DNA of 64,000 nucleotides from Nitrospinaceae bacterium (GTDB lineage Bacteria; Nitrospinota; Nitrospinia; Nitrospinales; Nitrospinaceae): NCBI GenBank assembly GCA_965223665.1, contig OZ245011.1, positions 1,792,001 to 1,856,000 of the forward strand, read 5' to 3'. Shown piece by piece: positions 59,034 to 64,000 of this stretch (position 1 is its first letter; each line of letters starts with the position of its first letter). The notes under the pieces were generated by a model. It saw only the letters and a program-made list of their open reading frames with translations, ran no database searches and was not told where the DNA came from. The position numbers and the translations under genes were made by a program.

Positions 59034-59164
59034 ACAGGATCGACTGAATTAAAGCGTTAAAATGACAGAATCCTGTCCTGAATTGATTAGATATTTTATG
59101 GTGTTCCCGAGCAAAACAAGGTGATCTGAAAATGTTAAAATAAGTTTTTACTGTGGAGTTTGAG

Positions 59165-59431
59165 ATGAAACCAATGAGAGTCACCCTAATATTGCTGGTT
59201 GCTTTGGTTTTTGCAATTACCGGTTGTTTTCAGGAAAAAAATTATTCGGATTACAACGATCTCAAGCAAAAAGGAGAACCGACTTTCCAGAAAGACTGGG
59301 TCGCGTGTCACCGCATGTCCCGAGAAAATGCCAAACCCAGCGAAGGCAGTGAGGCGGCGGGACGAACCGCGCTGCGCCAGCAGGCCCTCTTTAAAAAATG
59401 TATGGAAGGGAAATTTTGGGAATTAAAATGA
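59165..59431 (+). CDS. Small lipoprotein
   Basis: Lipobox ITGC; DW.AC..KCMEGKFW pattern. Confidence 0.7.
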   Translation: MKPMRVTLILLVALVFAITGCFQEKNYSDYNDLKQKGEPTFQKDWVACHRMSRENAKPSEGSEAAGRTALRQQALFKKCMEGKFWELK

Positions 59432-59931
59432 AAAATAAAATTTTTATTTTCAGATCTATCGGTTTTAAATTTCTCCTTACGGTACATGCGTTCCTATTCA
59501 TCTTTGTGGTTTTAGCCTTCGGAGTTGAACGCGGAGGGAGTGCTGAGGAAACTCCCTTGGCACTTCCCAAAAGCGAAGGATCCAAAAGCTTTGATATGGA
59601 AATCAACCAGATCAATCGTCAGGGTTTGAAATTGTTTAAGCAAAACAACTTTAACGAAGCTGTCTCGCAGTTTGACAAGGCGTTAAACCTGGCAATATCA
59701 TTACGCGATCCGGCTCGTGGCATTTTGCATTACAACCTGGCTTTAACTTTACACCATGCGGGAAACCATAAAGAGGCGTTGGAACAATTTTATGAAGCAC
59801 GCCGCTGGGCCCGAGGCTATAAGAAAATTTTAAATTCAAAATTATTTAAAATGCATGAATGTGGGCTCAACCCGAGTGTCACCTGTGAAACCCCAGTTCC
59901 TTTGGAACTCAATATAGAAGGGTCTCATTAA
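59428..59931 (+). CDS. Exported TPR protein
   Basis: TM; NRQGLKLF..EAV..F.KA; HYNLAL.L...GNH.EA. Confidence 0.75.
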   Translation: MKNKIFIFRSIGFKFLLTVHAFLFIFVVLAFGVERGGSAEETPLALPKSEGSKSFDMEINQINRQGLKLFKQNNFNEAVSQFDKALNLAISLRDPARGILHYNLALTLHHAGNHKEALEQFYEARRWARGYKKILNSKLFKMHECGLNPSVTCETPVPLELNIEGSH

Positions 59932-59935
59932 TCCA

Positions 59936-60550
59936 ATGAAAATTACCAAAAAACTTTTTTGCATTGCCCTGATAGGCTGGATAGCCCTGACGGGAAGTGC
60001 CGTTGCTGTTCAAGCTGAATCGGGAACCGATCCGTTTACGTTAGGTTATAAAGCTTATTTGATCAAAGACTATAAAACAGCACTCCAACATTGGCAGCCT
60101 CTCGCAAAGGCGGGAAACGCAGAAGCACAATATCAATTGGGCATGATGTATTACAACGGACAAGGTGTTCCGGTCGATTATGTTTCTGCTTCGAAATTCT
60201 TTCGCGCCAGTGCTAACCAGGGGGATGCGGGAGCGCAGTATTTAATAGGAGAGATGCGTCTTAAGGGAATGGGTGTGGCGCAGAATGCACGCCTTGCCGG
60301 AGACTGGTTTAGAAAAGCGGCGCAGCAGGATTATCCTGACGCGCAATATGAATTGGGAGACTGGTATTTGGCCGGTAAAGACGGTGAACCTGATTTTGTA
60401 AAAGCTTATGTCTGGTTTTCACTTGCCGAAACAAACGGAATTAAGATTGAAGATGCGAAACGTAAAACAATTCTCAATGCATTAAGTGAACCGGAAATCG
60501 AGATGGCTCAGCAACTGGCCGACCAGTGGTGGCAGCGTTGGGGGCATTAG
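59936..60550 (+). CDS. Secreted Sel1-repeat protein
   Basis: AQYQLGMMYYNGQGVP, AQYLIG, AQYELG, KAYVWF. Confidence 0.9.
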   Translation: MKITKKLFCIALIGWIALTGSAVAVQAESGTDPFTLGYKAYLIKDYKTALQHWQPLAKAGNAEAQYQLGMMYYNGQGVPVDYVSASKFFRASANQGDAGAQYLIGEMRLKGMGVAQNARLAGDWFRKAAQQDYPDAQYELGDWYLAGKDGEPDFVKAYVWFSLAETNGIKIEDAKRKTILNALSEPEIEMAQQLADQWWQRWGH

Positions 60551-60731
60551 ACTTATTTCCGGTAAAACTTTTGCGTTTTGAATCTGGTTTTTAAGGATAT
60601 AATCGCATTAAGTACCCATTGCCTTTTGTTTCTTAATGTTTGCAAAAGAAACTTCTGCCTCTGGTTTTTTCATTTATGAGTTCATTTCGGTGGATTACAA
60701 TCAAAACTTATTAATATGAAAGGATAAATTC

Positions 60732-61085
60732 ATGCAGCTCATTCTAAAATTAAAAGCATTCATTCTAATTGTTTTTCTTATTCTTCCCAGCTTATCCTTT
60801 TCAGGTTCTGAAGGAAAAATCATTGATAATGACGGTTCCAAATTGCGTATCATTTCACCTGAAAATGGAACCATTGTAGGAGACACCGTAGAGATTCTTT
60901 ATGAACTCCAAAAAGGAACCCAGGCGGATCATGTTCATGCTTATGTGGATGGAAAATATCAAAAAGGGTTTAAAGGTATCTTGAATGGCCTTTCCAAAGG
61001 TCGACATGAAATTGTCCTCAAAGTTGCAAACTCTGACCACGATATTATTGCCGTATCTGCAAAGACAATAGTTGAGGTTAGATAG
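60732..61085 (+). CDS. Small secreted Ig-like protein (DUF4399/DUF6130-like)
   Basis: Signal; IISPENG, DHVHAYVDG, L.KGRHEI. Confidence 0.65.
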   Translation: MQLILKLKAFILIVFLILPSLSFSGSEGKIIDNDGSKLRIISPENGTIVGDTVEILYELQKGTQADHVHAYVDGKYQKGFKGILNGLSKGRHEIVLKVANSDHDIIAVSAKTIVEVR

Positions 61086-61298
61086 TTATATTCTAGGCAT
61101 TTTTAGCCGGGTTTGAAATTGGGTCTTAATCTCAATTGTGCTGTAATTTTTCATTCTGCTTTAGGACTAAATGGGAAACTTTGGGGAGGGGTTTTGTATC
61201 TAATATATAAGCGGGTATTTGAACTGGAAACGCTTTGAATCAAATACCTTGCAAGAGGAGGGTCGTTATTTCTTAAGTCTATTTTAAGGAGAAATATC

Positions 61299-61703
61299 AT
61301 GAGCAAAGAATATTTTCCCTCTTACTTTAAGAAAGATTTGAAATCTTCTCAAACTGCAACTCAAAAAGTATTCAATAATATCTCCACTTTAACAAGCACC
61401 TCAGTAAATTTTTACCAAAGATCCAGAAACAAATTATTTATAACGCTGGGGATTTTAGTATTTATTTTCCTGAGTGGATGTGCCGGTTCTTCGACTTTTT
61501 ACGCAAATAATGGAGATGACTTTTATGCAAGAAAAGCCGAGCGGGAAGCCTATTGCAGAGAATTTTCCCATCAACTTCATCCGGCGTATCCCACTCGAAG
61601 AGGTGTAAAAACTAATTTCTGGTTCACCAGAGATTACGACTTATGTTTAGCAGGACATGAGAGACAAGCGGAGAGATTGAATCGAGAATTGTCGATTAAT
61701 TAA
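61299..61703 (+). CDS. Hypothetical lipoprotein-like protein
   Basis: AAGGAG RBS; internal lipobox LSGC. Confidence 0.6.
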   Translation: MSKEYFPSYFKKDLKSSQTATQKVFNNISTLTSTSVNFYQRSRNKLFITLGILVFIFLSGCAGSSTFYANNGDDFYARKAEREAYCREFSHQLHPAYPTRRGVKTNFWFTRDYDLCLAGHERQAERLNRELSIN

Positions 61704-61814
61704 TATGTAATGAAATAGATTTTCTAAGATCCCAGTTCAATCTTACATTGAGAAAACACTGGATTGGCGGGGTGTTATCGCTTACTTTTTGGCAAGCGCT
61801 CTTAACATACAGGA

Positions 61815-62300
61815 ATGAATATTTTTGTTTTAGATTTAAATATAAATCGGTGTGCCCGCTATCATTGCGATAAACATGTGGTGAAAATGGTTTTAGAATC
61901 AGCACAAATGCTCAGTGCCGCATTTCGAATCAATGGAGTGGATGCGGGGTATAAATTGACGCATAAAAATCATCCCTGTACCCAGTGGGCCTGCGCTTCT
62001 CTCTCCAATTGGAACTGGTTACGGGAACTGGCCAAAGAACTGAATGAAGAGTTTAAGTTTCGTTTTAATAAAAATGAGAATCACATGTCCTGGGATTTGA
62101 TAAACTCCCTGCCCCTTCCTCCTATTAAGGATTTAGGATTGTTCCCTTTCGCTCAAGCCATGCCGGAGCAATATAAAAATAAAAATCCTGTTAAAGCCTA
62201 CCGTAATTTTTACATCGGTGAAAAACACAAACTGTTTCAATGGACCAAAAGAAAACCGCCTCGTTGGATTCCTAATCTTTCCATTAAAAAAAGTTCTTAA
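61815..62300 (+). CDS. Pyrimidine-dimer DNA glycosylase / endonuclease V-like family protein
   Basis: MNIFVLD..HCDKHVVKMVLESAQML, YK.TH.NHPC..W, QAMP..YK..V.AYR.FY, W.KR..P.W. Confidence 0.75.
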   Translation: MNIFVLDLNINRCARYHCDKHVVKMVLESAQMLSAAFRINGVDAGYKLTHKNHPCTQWACASLSNWNWLRELAKELNEEFKFRFNKNENHMSWDLINSLPLPPIKDLGLFPFAQAMPEQYKNKNPVKAYRNFYIGEKHKLFQWTKRKPPRWIPNLSIKKSS

Positions 62301-62821
62301 AGAAATTTTTCCATGTCTCCCTCACAAACCAACTTCAAATAGTGTGGGATATTTTTTTTGTTAATGGATTCTGTTTTTTTTGGGAGGAGGATTTTTTAAT
62401 CAAATCCAAATGCACCGTTCCATCGCTCACTCAAATCGGGTGAATCCTGTCATTCTGAATAAATGTCAGAAGTGGCTTTCCCTAGTTTGAACACCTTTGA
62501 AAAACGCGCAACTATCTTTGTCCATTCTTCCCAACTCGAAATAAGATTTGAGGACTCAAAGCAAAACATTTTTTTGTTCGCGGTTTCCACATATAGCCAT
62601 CCCGAAAATTTTAAATTATTCAAAGTTGTATTGAGGCATAGTCCTTTTCGTTCAGACGGGGCTTGGGATTGCCTTCTTAATTTAAATTTGAAATAATCGT
62701 GCTCAACTTTAAAATTTCACCATGGAATAGTTTCCATTGCACGTGACAATTCTTTGTTAACCTGCAGGACAAAATTGTTTTTTGCTGGGAAAGGTCACCA
62801 ATCAAAGCACAAAGGTTTTAA

Positions 62822-63127
62822 ATGAAGATTGCTTCGTATTTTAAATTTTTATATAAAATTCCTGCCTTACTGGATTTATTGAAGCTTCCCCGGAAAGTGA
62901 AAGCCCTGGAAGAAAAAGTAGGGTCACTGGAAAAACGTTTCGCCGCTTTGGAAAATCAATCCAAAGAAGATTCCAATTCAAAAGATGACCAGTCTCTGTG
63001 CAACGTCTGTGGGAAATATACGCTGAAAAAGGATCCCAATATCCCACCCAAGTTAAGTCCGAAACCAGGGAAAAACATTACCGTGTATTTCTGGACCTGC
63101 GAATGTGGAAATAGAGGTTATCGTTAA
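62822..63127 (+). CDS. Hypothetical protein with coiled coil and C-terminal zinc ribbon
   Basis: CNVCG ... CECG. Confidence 0.6.
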   Translation: MKIASYFKFLYKIPALLDLLKLPRKVKALEEKVGSLEKRFAALENQSKEDSNSKDDQSLCNVCGKYTLKKDPNIPPKLSPKPGKNITVYFWTCECGNRGYR

Positions 63128-63199
63128 ACAGCCTTTCCATCCAACCTGCATTAACTGAACCCCGGGAAAAGATTAAAATGACCTGAACAGAATCCACAA

Positions 63200-63235
63200 A
63201 AAAAAGCCTGCGCTCGAAGAAAACGCAGGCTTTTT
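63200..63235. terminator. Bidirectional terminator between convergent genes
   Basis: aaaaaagcctgcg-loop-cgcaggcttttt. Confidence 0.8.
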
Positions 63236-63328
63236 GGTTCAAAGGTTAGGTTGTAACTGGGCCTCGTAAAATTTAAATCTCCGAGCCAAACCCGTTCCCG
63301 GGGCACAGCTCGCAGACAGTTACATATT

Positions 63329-63775
63329 TTAGGAGCCGCCCTGGATTTCGACCTTCACGGTCTTTGGAACAATTTCCTCTCGTTTGGGGAGAACTAAAGT
63401 TAAAATTCCATGTTCCAACTTTGCGGAAATTTTTTCCGGGTCTACTCCATCACCCAGCACAAAGGAGCGTTCAAAATTTTGATTCAGGAATTCGCGCATA
63501 AGATATTTATTTACTTTTTGTTCTGCCTCTTCTCCCCATTGGCCTCGAATGAACAATTTACCATCGCGCGTTTCCACGTTGATGTTTTTATCGGTCATTC
63601 CCGGCACTTGTGCTGTTAAAATAAAGCTATTCTCTGTTTCCACCAAATTCACTTTAACCGATTCATTTTTGGATGCCGCCCATTCCGGTTGCCTGGAAAC
63701 CTCAGTATTAAAAATAGGATCATTTTCAAAAAAACGATCAACTAAATTATTGGGCTTAAAAGTAATAATGTTCAT
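63329..63775 (-). CDS. Hsp20/alpha-crystallin small heat-shock protein
   Basis: VNLVET, A.VPGM, FERSF.L, ISAKLEHGIL.L.LPK, VEI; ATG 63775 with GGGGG RBS. Confidence 0.93.
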   Translation of the reverse strand: MNIITFKPNNLVDRFFENDPIFNTEVSRQPEWAASKNESVKVNLVETENSFILTAQVPGMTDKNINVETRDGKLFIRGQWGEEAEQKVNKYLMREFLNQNFERSFVLGDGVDPEKISAKLEHGILTLVLPKREEIVPKTVKVEIQGGS

Positions 63776-64000
63776 AATTGACCCCCTTTCACTATCCTTA
63801 AAAAAATTTTTAAAATTCGGTTGCGTTTTCGAGTCGGTACTCATTCAACTCGTTATGATTTTTAAATAAAATTGGCGGAAATAAATGTCAAGGTGAGAAG
63901 AATTTTTTTTTGAGAGAAGATGGATCCAATAAAAAATTCCGAATAATTCCTTATAAAACAAAAGCTTAAAAACATGAGCTTTTGCAATAAAATTTTTTTT

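Noticed and set aside
62450-62790. Minus-strand frame interrupted by one TGA (pseudogene or selenocysteine readthrough)
   Set aside because: No recognisable protein family or SECIS-like context; cannot be supported
63828-63849. HspR (HAIR)-like or CIRCE operator upstream of hsp20
   Set aside because: TTCGAGT-N8-ATTCAAC has mismatches and the wrong spacing for HAIR; no CIRCE is present

Overview
This is a bacterial accessory region with no core housekeeping genes and no rRNA, tRNA, CRISPR array, transposase or integrase that I could recognise. It is mostly AT-rich, with GC-richer blocks at about 33.4-41.7 kb and 42-47.7 kb. The many c-type cytochromes, FGE-sulfatase-domain proteins, hybrid kinases and secreted repeat proteins are reminiscent of Nitrospinota, but that is an impression only. 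Content: several sensor kinases (one with two duplicated FixL-type PAS domains), two giant secreted multidomain proteins, an NhaR-like LysR gene divergent from a beta-carbonic anhydrase, ankyrin/TPR/pentapeptide repeat proteins, a Spy/CpxP-OmpR-kinase locus, a di-heme DHOR protein, a CarH/LitR B12 photoreceptor facing an FGE-sulfatase/cytochrome c operon, a pyrimidine-dimer glycosylase and Hsp20. Most notable: (1) a small secreted protein resembling an AB5-toxin B subunit (OB fold) whose paralogous domain is fused to the C-terminus of the adjacent 1079-aa beta-propeller protein; (2) a second 'free module + same module fused to an enzyme' pair (C-type-lectin-like domain + metzincin protease); (3) a conserved palindrome + ECF-like promoter cassette in front of four unrelated genes; (4) a shared CpxR-like box promoter at two genes separated by the GC-rich island; (5) a CarH operator controlling a non-carotenoid operon; (6) a ~180-nt structured RNA candidate upstream of the carbonic anhydrase; (7) a histone-fold-like mini-protein. 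All family calls come from motif recognition by eye, not database searches.
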